This document shows positions 1 through 10,542 of a stretch of 57,958 nt of DNA, in pieces. Both the position numbers and the translations under genes were made by a program. The notes under the pieces are model-generated. The model was given only the letters and a program-made list of their open reading frames with translations. It had not been told where the DNA came from and ran no database searches. Position 1 is the first letter of the stretch, and the number at the start of each line of letters is the position of its first letter. This DNA is from a virus (taxonomy: Duplodnaviria > Heunggongvirae > Uroviricota > Caudoviricetes), in the IMG/VR virus record IMGVR_UViG_2778261152_000005, positions 1-57,958 of that record; one strand, written 5' to 3'.

Positions 1-1
1 C

Positions 2-1366
2 ACCACGCACCGCCCCGCCACCCTTCAGCACCTGCGTATCGGTGCCGACCAGAGCGGGAAAATCACAGCTATCTCACATGAAAGCTGGTCCGGAAACCTG
101 CCCGGCGGCACGCCGGAAACGGCGGTACAGCAAAGCGAATTACTCTACGCCGGGGCAAACCGTCATACCGGCCTGCGGCTCGCCACGCTTGATTTGCCGG
201 AAGGGAACGCCATGCGTGCGCCCGGCGAAGCCCCCGGTCTGATGGCGCTCGAAATCGCGATCGACGAACTGGCGGAAAAAGCGGGCATCGATCCCGTCGA
301 GTTTCGCATCCTGAATGACACTCAGGTTGACCCCGCCGACCCGACGCGCTGCTTCTCTCGCCGTCAGCTTATCGAGTGCTTGCGCACCGGAGCGGATAAA
401 TTTGGCTGGAAGCAGCGCAACGCCACACCCGGACAGGTGCGCGACGGGGAGTGGCTAGTCGGCCACGGTGTTGCGGCGGGCTTTCGCAATAATCTGCTGG
501 AAAAATCGGGTGCTCGGGTTCACCTCGAACAAAACGGCACCGTTACCGTAGAAACGGACATGACCGACATTGGCACCGGCAGCTACACCATTCTGGCCCA
601 GACGGCAGCGGAAATGCTTGGCGTACCGCTGGAGCAGGTTGCGGTTCACCTCGGCGATTCCAGTTTCCCGGTTTCTGCGGGTTCTGGTGGACAATGGGGC
701 GCGAATACCTCCACCTCCGGCGTTTACGCCGCCTGTATGAAGCTTCGCGAAATGATTGCCTCGGCAGTCGGGTTTGATCCTGAGCAGTCGCAGTTTGCCG
801 ACGGCAAGATTACCAACGGTACCCGAAGCGCCACGCTACATGAAGCCACCGCAGGCGGCAGACTGACAGCGGAAGAGAGCATTGAATTCGGAACACTGAG
901 CAAAGAGTACCAGCAGTCGACCTTTGCCGGGCATTTTGTGGAGGTCGGCGTGCATAGCGCGACGGGAGAAGTTCGGGTCCGGCGTATGCTCGCTGTGTGT
1001 GCTGCAGGACGCATCCTGAATCCGAAAACTGCGCGCAGCCAGGTCATTGGCGCAATGACTATGGGCATGGGCGCGGCACTGATGGAGGAGCTGGCGGTGG
1101 ATGACCGTTTGGGCTACTTCGTTAATCACGATATGGCGGGGTATGAGGTGCCGGTTCATGCGGATATCCCAAAACAGGAGGTGATTTTCCTGGATGATAC
1201 CGACCCCATATCCTCCCCGATGAAGGCCAAAGGTGTCGGTGAGCTGGGCCTGTGCGGCGTGAGCGCGGCTATCGCCAACGCGGTGTATAACGCCACCGGT
1301 ATTCGGGTACGGGATTATCCCATCACTCTGGATAAGCTGCTCGATAAGCTGCCGGATGTGGTTTAA
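2..1366 (+). CDS. paoC: Aldehyde oxidoreductase molybdenum-binding subunit (xanthine dehydrogenase family), 5' end outside window
   Basis: Frame is open from the window edge; C-terminal ...GVGELGLCGVSAAIANAVYNATGIRVRDYPITLDKLL is typical of Mo-binding subunits of this family; gene order paoC-paoD-yagP matches E. coli as recalled from memory. Confidence 0.8.
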   Translation, partial: TTHRPATLQHLRIGADQSGKITAISHESWSGNLPGGTPETAVQQSELLYAGANRHTGLRLATLDLPEGNAMRAPGEAPGLMALEIAIDELAEKAGIDPVEFRILNDTQVDPADPTRCFSRRQLIECLRTGADKFGWKQRNATPGQVRDGEWLVGHGVAAGFRNNLLEKSGARVHLEQNGTVTVETDMTDIGTGSYTILAQTAAEMLGVPLEQVAVHLGDSSFPVSAGSGGQWGANTSTSGVYAACMKLREMIASAVGFDPEQSQFADGKITNGTRSATLHEATAGGRLTAEESIEFGTLSKEYQQSTFAGHFVEVGVHSATGEVRVRRMLAVCAAGRILNPKTARSQVIGAMTMGMGAALMEELAVDDRLGYFVNHDMAGYEVPVHADIPKQEVIFLDDTDPISSPMKAKGVGELGLCGVSAAIANAVYNATGIRVRDYPITLDKLLDKLPDVV

Positions 1367-1375
1367 GGAGGAACA

Positions 1376-2332
1376 ATGTCATACCCGCTTTTTGACAAAG
1401 ACGAACACTGGCATAAGCCAGAGCAGGCGTTTCTCACCGATGACCACCGGACCATTCTGCGCTTCGCCGTAGAGGCGCTAATGTCCGGTAAAGGAGCGGT
1501 GCTGGTGACGCTGGTGGAGATACGCGGCGGCGCGGCGCGCCCGCTCGGGGCGCAGATGGTGGTGCGCGAAGATGGTCGTTACTGCGGTTTTGTCTCTGGC
1601 GGCTGCGTGGAGGCCGCTGCCGCTTTTGAAGCGCTGGAGATGATGGGCTCAGGCCGCGATCGCGAAATTCGCTATGGCGAAGGTTCGCCGTGGTTTGACA
1701 TCGTTCTGCCCTGCGGCGGTGGGATCACGCTGACGCTCCATAAACTACGCTCGGCACAGCCTCTGCTCGCCGTGCTGAACCGCCTGGAACAGAGAAAACC
1801 GGTGGGGCTGCGCTACGATCCGCAAGCACAATCGCTGGTGTGCCTGCCCACGCAAACCCGGACGGGCTGGAATCTCAATGGCTTTGAGGTGGGGTTCAGG
1901 CCATGCGTCAGGCTGATGATTTACGGACGTTCTCTTGAGGCGCAGGCAACCGCGAGTCTTGCAGCAGCCACAGGCTATGACAGCCATATCTTCGATCTTT
2001 TTCCGGCCTCAGCCAGCGCTCAGATCGATACCGATACGGCGGTCATTTTGCTGTGCCATGATCTCAACCGGGAGCTGCCAGTGTTGCAGGCCGCGCGAGA
2101 AGCAAAACCCTTTTATCTCGGCGCATTGGGCAGCTATCGAACCCACACGTTACGTCTGCAAAAGCTCCACGAGCTGGGATGGTCCAGGGAGGAAACAACG
2201 CAAATCCGGGCACCCGTCGGGATATTCCCCAAAGCCCGGGATGCGCATACTCTGGCACTCTCCGTGCTGGCAGAAGTCGCCTCTGTACGTCTCCATCAGG
2301 AGGAGGATTCATGCCTGCCCCCGTCGTCCTGA
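1376..2332 (+). CDS. paoD: XdhC/CoxI-family molybdenum cofactor insertion chaperone
   Basis: 318-aa ORF starting 10 bp after paoC stop; XdhC-like sequence (…VTLVEIRGGAARPLGAQMVV…). Confidence 0.8.
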   Translation: MSYPLFDKDEHWHKPEQAFLTDDHRTILRFAVEALMSGKGAVLVTLVEIRGGAARPLGAQMVVREDGRYCGFVSGGCVEAAAAFEALEMMGSGRDREIRYGEGSPWFDIVLPCGGGITLTLHKLRSAQPLLAVLNRLEQRKPVGLRYDPQAQSLVCLPTQTRTGWNLNGFEVGFRPCVRLMIYGRSLEAQATASLAAATGYDSHIFDLFPASASAQIDTDTAVILLCHDLNRELPVLQAAREAKPFYLGALGSYRTHTLRLQKLHELGWSREETTQIRAPVGIFPKARDAHTLALSVLAEVASVRLHQEEDSCLPPSS

Positions 2333-2721
2333 TCCTTGCGGCCGGGCGTGGAGAGCGCTTTCTCGCCTCCGGGGGAAATACCCATAAGTGTATCGGCTGG
2401 CGTCAGTCCCCGGAGGTTGCGCCTTATCGCTGGCCATTTGAAGAAAACGGGAGAACTTTCGACCTTGCGATTGAACCGCAGATTACGACTAATGATCTGC
2501 GTCTGATGTTGAGGCTGGCTCTTGCCGGCGGAGGAATAACAATTGCCACTCAGGAAACTTTCAGGCCATATATTGAAAGCGGTAAGCTTGTATCGCTGCT
2601 TGATGACTTTCTTCCACAATTTCCGGGCTTCTATCTGTATTTCCCACAGCGTCGCAATATTGCACCAAAGCTCCGCGCCCTGATTGACTACGTCAAAGAA
2701 TGGCGGCAGCAATTGGCTTAA
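2311..2721 (+). pseudogene. yagP: LysR-family regulator fragment (C-terminal effector domain only, no HTH)
   Basis: ATG at 2311 preceded by AGGAGGAGG; 136-aa product is only the C-terminal part of a LysR-type protein (…LRLMLRLALAGGGITIATQETFRPYIESGKLVSLLDDF…); overlaps paoD stop; same size and position as K-12 yagP from memory. Confidence 0.55.
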
Positions 2722-2837
2722 ATGTCTGCACCTGCACTGCCTGATGTCAGAACAGTATTTTGATGAATTGCCAAGGTTACAATGGCACAAATACGGCACA
2801 GGAGGAAACGTGGTGTATTTAAATATGGGGTAACTCT

Positions 2838-2872
2838 TTGATTTTAATGGTGCCGATAATAGGAGTAAAACA
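2838..2872. repeat. Attachment-site direct repeat, copy 1, containing the last 19 nt of tRNA-Thr (ptwF-like)
   Basis: TGGTGCCGATAATAGGAGT at 2848-2866 is the reverse complement of the tRNA-Thr(CGU) 3' end; with flanks it repeats at 15535-15563. Confidence 0.7.
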
Positions 2873-2921
2873 CTCGATTAATCTCGTGTTAATGCCATCA
2901 CCTACGACCATTACTAATTGA

Positions 2922-4286
2922 TTGAATCTTATAGAAAAATCATCATTTTCTATGCGTCACAATCAATTTTCACATTACAAACGCTCCGACACTTTAGCCG
3001 GAGATTTTATGAGATACAAGCCTAACCAATACTTAATCTGTGATTCTTACGGTAACTACTATTTAAGGATAACGCTGCCTGTGTATATGCAGCCCTTTTT
3101 TGAAGGAAAAAGGACGTTTGTCAGAAGTCTACACACAAGTAATCTTCGTGTTGCACGTAGAAAGCGTGATCAGATTGCAGATGAATACCATTGCTTACGG
3201 GAGAGTGTCGCCCCTGTAAACAGCACAATAGAAAACACGCTGGAACTGTTACGCAGTAAGGCTAAATACGCCAAAACAGCTACCAGAATGCAAGATACAG
3301 CGTCTTCGTGTCCGTCATTGCTTAAAATTCTTGAAATCTACCTGACAATTAACAGCACGAAGAAGAAGCCAGCCACTTTAGCTAAGGCAAGAAAAGCGGT
3401 AGAGATGTTTCTCTCCTACCGTAAAAAGCCTGATATTGCATTGCAAGATGTAAGCCGCACCACTGTTACAGGCTGGATTGAACACATGCAAAAAACCCTT
3501 TCACAACAATCAATTGCAAATTATATCAGCCCAATGGCCCAGCTATGGGAATTAGCTTCATCACGTTACCACGATGCGCCAGAAAGGGCGCTCTCCCCCT
3601 GGCGAGGGCATAGGCTTGATGTGGCACAAAGTAGAGAGAGCTACGAGGCATTTTCTAACAAAGAGCTATTGCAGGTGTTGCAAGTATTTTCCGGTGATTC
3701 AGCAGAAAACAAAGAAATGATGGCTTTGTGTCTTATCGGTGCCTATACAGGTATGCGGATCAATGAGATAGCAAGTCTCACAATAGACGATGTGAAAGAG
3801 ATCGAAGGTGTGCTGTGTTTTGAAATCACACAGGGAAAGACGAAAGCAGCGGCACGTGTTGTGCCTGTACATAGCCTTATCACTCCGTTGGTGTTGTCGC
3901 TGCGTGAAAAGCCTCACAATGGCTTTTTGTTCTATCACGCCAGCATTACAGAGCGTGCTGATGGTAAACGTTCCACGTGGCATACGCAGAGATTTACAAG
4001 AGCTAAACGAAAGGCTTTAGGGGAAAAGGGAACAGAAAGGAAAGTGTTTCATTCTCTGAGACACGGAGTAGCACAGCTTCTTGATCGAAATCAAATTCCA
4101 GAAGACAGGATCGCCCTTCTCCTGGGCCATACACGCGGCAATACAGAAACATTCCGCACATATAGCAAGAATGCAGCTTCTCCAGTAGAGCTTAAAAAAT
4201 ATATTGAGCTTTTACGCTACCCTGAAATAGAGAAAGGCTTATCAATCAATAAAAAATCAAATTTAAGGCGTAAAACAACACTGTAG
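2922..4286 (+). CDS. Tyrosine-type phage integrase
   Basis: ORF begins 55 bp after the att repeat; catalytic-region motifs …HSLRHGVAQLL… and …LLGHTRGNTETFRTYSK…; listed start is TTG at 2922, alternative ATGs at 2952 and 3009 (the latter with a GGAGA Shine-Dalgarno). Confidence 0.85.
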   Translation: MNLIEKSSFSMRHNQFSHYKRSDTLAGDFMRYKPNQYLICDSYGNYYLRITLPVYMQPFFEGKRTFVRSLHTSNLRVARRKRDQIADEYHCLRESVAPVNSTIENTLELLRSKAKYAKTATRMQDTASSCPSLLKILEIYLTINSTKKKPATLAKARKAVEMFLSYRKKPDIALQDVSRTTVTGWIEHMQKTLSQQSIANYISPMAQLWELASSRYHDAPERALSPWRGHRLDVAQSRESYEAFSNKELLQVLQVFSGDSAENKEMMALCLIGAYTGMRINEIASLTIDDVKEIEGVLCFEITQGKTKAAARVVPVHSLITPLVLSLREKPHNGFLFYHASITERADGKRSTWHTQRFTRAKRKALGEKGTERKVFHSLRHGVAQLLDRNQIPEDRIALLLGHTRGNTETFRTYSKNAASPVELKKYIELLRYPEIEKGLSINKKSNLRRKTTL

Positions 4287-4293
4287 ACGTAAT

Positions 4294-4330
4294 AAAGAGG
4301 CTTCAATATAGACTGATGCCTCTTTTATGA
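4294..4330. terminator. Hairpin terminator between convergent genes
   Basis: AAAGAGGC-(16 nt)-GCCTCTTT stem followed by TTTATGA, placed between int (+) and the 225-aa gene (-). Confidence 0.4.
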
Positions 4331-4366
4331 TTATCTCGTTACAGAGCGTTTCATAGGCGTTTAAGG

Positions 4367-5044
4367 CTATTGTTTAAATACTGGCGTTACAACGTCTTGC
4401 CCTGGGCTTTTTTGATTTTTCTGTTCTGTTGTATTTACCTGCATTTTAACCTGTCCCCCTACAGATTTATTTGGTGCTGTTTTTACCGCAATTGCGCTTG
4501 TAGTTGCTTTAGAGACAAGACGGATTTGCTCAAAATCAAGAGTAAACAATAGGCTTTCGCTTGCTTCTTCTGCGTAAGACATGCCAACTAACACAACGTT
4601 GTCATAATTTTTTAACTCAGTGACAAGTAGGAAAGGTTGGCGACTGTCCATCAACTGATTTAGGTATTCAAGCATAAGCATACGTCGATTGCCGTTAATT
4701 CCCGCATTCTTAATCATATCGGGATTGAGCTTCAATACGGTTTCAGAGATACGCCCTTGTAATGTGAACTTGTTATTCCGTATTTGAACATGATCACTAA
4801 CTTCTGATCCTGATTCGACGGCATAGCTTGTAACGTCTGCATTTCGGCTAACTTTCGTCGATTCCACGCTATCAAATGATAATGCCTGGTAGTCATTGTA
4901 AGCAGCATTTGCACCACTGCCGAGGTTAGAGGTAATGATCGCAAAGCCGTTACCCCCTTTAGTTGTTCTACCGTTGCTATCGTTGCTTGTGCTGTTGATT
5001 TTCGCCTCAGTCGGGCGACCAATGGTTAACGGACCCATTGCCAT
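4367..5044 (-). CDS. Hypothetical protein (225 aa)
   Basis: ORF in a co-directional block with 5092-6933; no recognisable motif. Confidence 0.45.
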   Translation of the reverse strand: MAMGPLTIGRPTEAKINSTSNDSNGRTTKGGNGFAIITSNLGSGANAAYNDYQALSFDSVESTKVSRNADVTSYAVESGSEVSDHVQIRNNKFTLQGRISETVLKLNPDMIKNAGINGNRRMLMLEYLNQLMDSRQPFLLVTELKNYDNVVLVGMSYAEEASESLLFTLDFEQIRLVSKATTSAIAVKTAPNKSVGGQVKMQVNTTEQKNQKSPGQDVVTPVFKQ

Positions 5045-5091
5045 AATTTGTAATCCTTATTTAAGGGGGCTAAACCGCCCCACAGTGATGA

Positions 5092-6933
5092 TTAATAGGT
5101 TGACCCGCCTGACATAACACCCAGCGTTAATAGCTTGCTAAACTCAGCGGAAGATGCCTTTGATTTGAAGTCGATAAATTCGCTCAATCGTCCGGTGTCT
5201 GATTCGATAGTTAGCGGCACTTCTGCATTTACTTGTAATTCTGGATTGAAGTTAATAACAGGTGCAAAGGTGTGGGAAGGAGTCTTGATAGCTTGTTGTG
5301 CTGCACTCTGTTTCAGATTTGCAATGTTTTGTCCTTCGAGAGTGTATTGATTTACAGCCTGCGCCCCGCCTACCGTCTCTTCTGGCGTAAACCAGCCTTT
5401 AATAGTGTTAACCAGGGAATTGCTGTTATCTGGCTTAGTTGTTCCGGTGCCAGCGCCTTTATATTGGTTAGGAGTGAGATTAGAAAGATTCTGCTTCATT
5501 CCTTCGTTAGACAGTGGCGGTGCATCACCTAAATTCTTTTGAATAGCAGCCGTCTTCTCGTCGTTTTTCATCAGCCAGTTGATTGCTTTCATTACAGCGT
5601 TAACCAATCCGCCGATAGCCTCGCCTAATTTGGTAAACATTGGCAGCATTGCAACCATGCTCTTTTTAAACTCTTCAATCACTTTCGGATCAAGAGATTT
5701 CATAAAGCCATCAACAAAGGCGATCCCTTGTGAGTCAGAAAGCCCACTAAGTGCATTATTCAGTTCACGGAATTTAATAACGCTTTCCTGTTGTGCCTGC
5801 GTTACCCAGCGCCCTGATTCTCGTTGTTCTCGTGCTGATTGTTCCACTTCTTTAGCGGAGCGTGTCCAGTATTTAGAGGTGAGCATCAAATCATCAGCCA
5901 GATCTTCCAGACGACTACCGATTTGTGCATCTGAATAGCCTTTAGCTACCATTCCCTGAACTGCTTTACTAACCAGACCAGCCGGATTATCAGCAAAGTC
6001 TTTTAGATCCTTTTTAGTTAGGAATCCTTCATTCATTAAAGTATTGATGCCGCTATCGCCGCCCTTCCATTCTCCTTTACCAGTTTTCTTATCAACTACA
6101 TATTCAGCCTCATCATAAGATTTAGTAGCCTTCTCCCGTACATCTTTCATCTGATCGAGATACTTACGTTTACCTTGTTCGCCCATCATTGAATCAACGC
6201 CGTTTTTATAAGCCCATTGTTCAATATTGTTCATCTGGTTAACGTCTACACCGCCCAGCTTCGCACGGCTATACAATTCACCCAGCGTTTCAGCATTCGC
6301 AAAGCTGTTAGTAACAAATTCAGAGGCTTTGCTCATAGCCATATACGTAGCGCCAGCGCCTAAGCCACCCAGCATAACAGCCGCAGCACCGCCGCCAATA
6401 CTCCCGCTACCCTTAACAGGTGCATAGGCTTTAGCGTGAGCGTTACGATTGCCATTAATCTTACGTTGTTGCTGTTGTAGGCGTTTCATTTGGCTATTCA
6501 TACGTGCCAGACTAATAGCTCCTCTTTCATATTGGAGGGCAATTTCTCTAGCCTGTGCAATAGCTTTATATTGTTCCGCTACAGAAAGACGGTGCATTGC
6601 ACTAATGCTTGATCCAACGTCTAAAAGCTTTAATTCTGCCTTCTCTTTGCGTGCTGCCAGGGCTTTTTGTTCTCTTGCAACTACACGTTGAGCGGCTAAT
6701 TGTGCTTTAGCATTAGCTTTATCAGCCTGTGCTTGCTTTTTAGCAATATCGTCTACGTCTTTTTTTGCTTTAGCGGTTGATTGTTTATGTGTCTTAACAC
6801 GCAATTCTATATCTTTCACCGCCGCCATTTGTTTACGAAGTTTTTCTACTTCTGCTTTTGCTTTCTCTAATGATGGTCGGTTAACTTCGAAGGTGACAAC
6901 GTTCGAGAGGCGTGCCACGTTTAGCTCTAACAT
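5092..6933 (-). CDS. Coiled-coil protein with central Gly/Ala-rich hydrophobic segment, tape-measure-like (613 aa)
   Basis: N-terminal Lys/Ala/Gln-rich coiled-coil region, then …GSGSIGGGAAAVMLGGLGAGATYMAM…; function not established. Confidence 0.5.
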   Translation of the reverse strand: MLELNVARLSNVVTFEVNRPSLEKAKAEVEKLRKQMAAVKDIELRVKTHKQSTAKAKKDVDDIAKKQAQADKANAKAQLAAQRVVAREQKALAARKEKAELKLLDVGSSISAMHRLSVAEQYKAIAQAREIALQYERGAISLARMNSQMKRLQQQQRKINGNRNAHAKAYAPVKGSGSIGGGAAAVMLGGLGAGATYMAMSKASEFVTNSFANAETLGELYSRAKLGGVDVNQMNNIEQWAYKNGVDSMMGEQGKRKYLDQMKDVREKATKSYDEAEYVVDKKTGKGEWKGGDSGINTLMNEGFLTKKDLKDFADNPAGLVSKAVQGMVAKGYSDAQIGSRLEDLADDLMLTSKYWTRSAKEVEQSAREQRESGRWVTQAQQESVIKFRELNNALSGLSDSQGIAFVDGFMKSLDPKVIEEFKKSMVAMLPMFTKLGEAIGGLVNAVMKAINWLMKNDEKTAAIQKNLGDAPPLSNEGMKQNLSNLTPNQYKGAGTGTTKPDNSNSLVNTIKGWFTPEETVGGAQAVNQYTLEGQNIANLKQSAAQQAIKTPSHTFAPVINFNPELQVNAEVPLTIESDTGRLSEFIDFKSKASSAEFSKLLTLGVMSGGSTY

Positions 6934-6967
6934 GCTAATTGTTTCCCTGTATTATGATTGTTGTTTG

Positions 6968-7165
6968 TTATTGTTTTTTAGAGCAATAATATTGGATTGC
7001 TTCGAAAGTGCTACATCCAGTCTGAAAGACACGCTGACGCACATTATTTGCATCAATTGAAAGCATTCTGCATAAGGCACTGACATTGATTATTGAGTCA
7101 TCGCTAATAGCTGCCAGTTCTTTTACAGATTTAAGAATTAATGCCTGTGAATTTTCTGTATTCAT
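6968..7165 (-). CDS. Hypothetical small protein (65 aa)
   Basis: ORF between two larger co-directional genes. Confidence 0.3.
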   Translation of the reverse strand: MNTENSQALILKSVKELAAISDDSIINVSALCRMLSIDANNVRQRVFQTGCSTFEAIQYYCSKKQ

Positions 7166-7318
7166 TGGTTTTCTCTCACATATATATTTTTATTTGGGTT
7201 TGTAGACAGTAGAAAAACAAAAAGGGCAAAGAGATTCGTTACTGTATTTGCGCCTACAGGTTAGTTAATCCCTTTACCATTATTTTCCAGACGATGGGAA
7301 TCGTCTATTAATGCTTTA

Positions 7319-8350
7319 TTACGCAGCAGATCCGAAGATGATAGCTTGCGGAATGTTGTTTACTGGCAGATAAGATGTCTCAGTAACCACAGATGGGAAT
7401 TGGAATTCATCCTTGATTAGATATTGGTGATGCAACACGGCATCTTGACCTAACTCAGCATGACGCACACCAACGCCGCTATGAAGCTGGTAACACTGTG
7501 CCGCTTTATCCATTACCGGGACAATTGCGAAACCGTTCTCTCCGATGTGAGCAACAATCTCAGGAAACATTGACACATCAATAACAGTGATCCCACCAAT
7601 CTGGAAAGAGTCATAGGCTGGGTTAGAATCAACCATACGGGTAAACAGGGCCGTAGCACTCGCATCGCCTGCATATTTCACCATGTCACTGATCAGCGGG
7701 TTAGATGACAAACCATCAGCAGCAGCGCCAGCAGCAAAGATAATTACACCAGTTCGCTTTGCAGCAAGACCAGACCCCAGCTTTTCACTCTGTAAGCGCA
7801 CCGCTTTACGAATAGCAAGGAACGGGTTAACAGTAGTCGATGCAAAGTCGATAGCGGGTACCGTGGTTTTAGCCTGACCGTCGAGGAAGTCGAGATCACC
7901 TTGTCCGGCATATTCAGATTCAACTTTCAGTCCCAGCAGCGCGGTAATCAGATCCACTTCAACACGGTTTGCGTGTGAACGGTAATGAGCCTCAGAGAAA
8001 TCATTAACCGCTACCAGCATAGCATCAGAACGGTTTGGATATTGGCGGCTGTATTGTTCCAGGTCACGAGAAGTAACAGCGTTAATACTGCCGACGTGTT
8101 TCATCTGGAAAAGTTTGTTTGACCATTCCTGACGTTTAGAAGCGTTCCAGTTGCTTTGAGTGTAAGGCGAGGTTTCCCCGGCTACCTGCACAAACTGCTC
8201 AATCAGGTCGGTAAGAAGAATGCTGTTTTCTGTATGATATTGCACATCGAACAGATCGAGATTAGTAATCAGGGTATTAAGTGCATTCTCATAAGCAAAT
8301 GGAGTTACTACCGCAGTATTAACGCCAAAATATGTTGATAAATCATTCAT
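7319..8350 (-). CDS. Hypothetical protein (343 aa), possibly structural
   Basis: Long ORF with no NTPase motif; co-oriented with 8365-8748; capsid-like role is a guess. Confidence 0.5.
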   Translation of the reverse strand: MNDLSTYFGVNTAVVTPFAYENALNTLITNLDLFDVQYHTENSILLTDLIEQFVQVAGETSPYTQSNWNASKRQEWSNKLFQMKHVGSINAVTSRDLEQYSRQYPNRSDAMLVAVNDFSEAHYRSHANRVEVDLITALLGLKVESEYAGQGDLDFLDGQAKTTVPAIDFASTTVNPFLAIRKAVRLQSEKLGSGLAAKRTGVIIFAAGAAADGLSSNPLISDMVKYAGDASATALFTRMVDSNPAYDSFQIGGITVIDVSMFPEIVAHIGENGFAIVPVMDKAAQCYQLHSGVGVRHAELGQDAVLHHQYLIKDEFQFPSVVTETSYLPVNNIPQAIIFGSAA

Positions 8351-8364
8351 TATTATTTTCCTTG

Positions 8365-8748
8365 TTAAGTCGTAGGGATCGCAAGTTCTTCATAACCAGC
8401 AATTACAAAGCCGAGAGATTGCAGTTTTGCAATAACACTTGCCTTTTCCATGCTGTTAAATTCAATCCCATCTTCAGCCAGAATAACGAAAGTAGGATGT
8501 GCAACCACTACGCTTTCCTGTCCTTCATAAGCCGGTTCAACTACTACGTGAGCAATATCAGAAGCGGTTGTTGCTTTGGTGCCATCGGCTTTCAGCAAAG
8601 CCCCGACAATAAGATCGTCAGTGAGAGGTGAAGCCAGTTTGACGAGGCGATCTTGCAGCACTGGATCAGCAGCGTAAGCTACTACCTTACAGCGTGAACG
8701 GGAGTTATCCGCATTCACTGCTTTTAATTTTCCATATGGGTTAGCCAT
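8365..8748 (-). CDS. Hypothetical protein (127 aa)
   Basis: ORF ending 15 bp before the 343-aa gene start, same strand; AT-rich probable promoter region upstream. Confidence 0.45.
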   Translation of the reverse strand: MANPYGKLKAVNADNSRSRCKVVAYAADPVLQDRLVKLASPLTDDLIVGALLKADGTKATTASDIAHVVVEPAYEGQESVVVAHPTFVILAEDGIEFNSMEKASVIAKLQSLGFVIAGYEELAIPTT

Positions 8749-9945
8749 AAGATTATTTTCCTTTCAGTTGTTTAATTTTAGATTTAAGGGCATCAGCAAG
8801 ACTAACCGCATCAGCCGATTTAAATAATTGAGCAGTGGTAGAACGAAGACTTTCGGGAGTAACTCACAACAGTGCGGCAACCTTAATGAGGTTTTCATCA
8901 CTAACAATCATCGTTTCCCCGTCTTTGCTGATAATCATTTCTTGTTTCATAAATAACGTTCCTGTTAGTGCCAGACAAATAAAAAGCCCCAATGCCGTAA
9001 GAGGTTAATTCTGACCAGCAAAGGGGCTTTAACGTGCGGGCAATTACATAATTGATAAGTTAAACTATAAGAGGATTAAACATATCAGCAAATACACTTT
9101 TTAAATATACTTGATGATATGCTTAAAGAGTGAATATCAGACCTTAGAAAGGAAGGCTCTTAGGAGTTTGCCACTGGAATCACTAAGATCTGATATTCTG
9201 GGTGCGGGGGGCTAACCGCTGCCTGTTTTTGCTGTGGATGCAACAAAGTAAGGCTGTAAGGAATCACTATTCCAATTCTCATCTACTCACAGATCAAATT
9301 TTAATAGGATTAACTACACCAACAGTAATCTACCGTTTCAGAAAATCGTTTTTACAACCAAAGCTTATAGATCCGCATTCTATAAAACCCGTTTTGCTAT
9401 CAATATTTCCAAAGGTTATTGCACAATTCTTAGCTAAACTCTCTCTGCTTGCGGCTAACGCTATGCAGATGATTGTTTTTGACAACAACTTAATAGATTA
9501 TTCTGTTACTAACTTCTGTCATTAAATAAGAGTTTAATGATGTTAGTAAATAGTTATAAAATATAACTATCAGTGTAAGGCTCTTTAATGTTTTCGGACA
9601 AAATAAGGAGCTTTAGGATAAGCATAGATGAAAAATAAGAGCGGGAAGGGCAAGGAGATAACACCTACCCACCTTTATCAAAATTAAGCACAATGCCTAA
9701 CAACATTCATCAACACAACGTAGAAACAATCAACAATCAAAGAGGGAGTTATGATTATTCTAAAACTTCTTGAGAGATGGAAGGTAATATTTGTTAGAGG
9801 TTAATGCCACTCAACCCTTGAGGCTATCACCTTCCATATGCAGGGATTTATGACAATAGAAGGATTAACGCCAACTAAAATCTTTTTATCTATCCCTAAA
9901 ATTATTATATAACAAAATCATTATAAATGCAAATGATTTTCATTA

Positions 9946-10257
9946 TCATTTAGAGAAAATAGCACTTTTTGCTAAATCATCTACTAATTGCTGAATCTCT
10001 TCACTTGTAGCCTTTAACGTGCGGGCGGTGTCTGTGATAGTTCGAGTGCACAGCTTGGCATCGTCCTCAGATAGCTGCTCTAAATCGCTCACCAGAGAGA
10101 TAAAATCGTCAAGGCTTACATTCACCTTCATTAAGCTAATTACGCATTGAGAGAGCGTGTAATCGCATAAATCTGAATAGGCTTGATTGATACGTGTCTG
10201 TAGGGTGATCATCCGATCCGAAAGAGTGTCCATAACTTCCAGAATGTTGTCTGTCAT
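9946..10257 (-). CDS. Hypothetical acidic protein (103 aa)
   Basis: Start overlaps the stop of the upstream ORF (10254-10257); AT-rich. Confidence 0.4.
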   Translation of the reverse strand: MTDNILEVMDTLSDRMITLQTRINQAYSDLCDYTLSQCVISLMKVNVSLDDFISLVSDLEQLSEDDAKLCTRTITDTARTLKATSEEIQQLVDDLAKSAIFSK

Positions 10258-10484
10258 TGTGCAATCTCTCCTTGATCTGCTGATTCCATCTCTTGCTGAA
10301 TCTGTTTATCCTTGTTTAGTGCAATCTGTAGTGGTATACGATAGGTTGCAATGTCATCCAGCACATCATCAAGCAAGGCAAAATCATTTTCTTCTTTTGC
10401 TCGTTCAGCCAGTGAAATAAACACTTCTGCAAGTTGTTTTGCTTCTTTAAAAAATGTTGTTTCTAATAGTTGATAGTTAATCAT
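10254..10484 (-). CDS. Hypothetical protein (76 aa)
   Basis: Overlaps the next gene in operon arrangement. Confidence 0.4.
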   Translation of the reverse strand: MINYQLLETTFFKEAKQLAEVFISLAERAKEENDFALLDDVLDDIATYRIPLQIALNKDKQIQQEMESADQGEIAQ

Positions 10485-10542
10485 TATTTTTCCTTTTTCG
10501 AATATTTTTCATTGGGCGCTTATACATACGCCCGTCATTTTA

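Noticed and set aside
42-242. 66-aa ORF at the window start
   Set aside because: Out of frame inside paoC, whose frame is open from the window edge.
9202-9525. 107-aa plus-strand ORF in the AT-rich gap of element A
   Set aside because: No ribosome-binding site and a low-complexity AT-driven translation.
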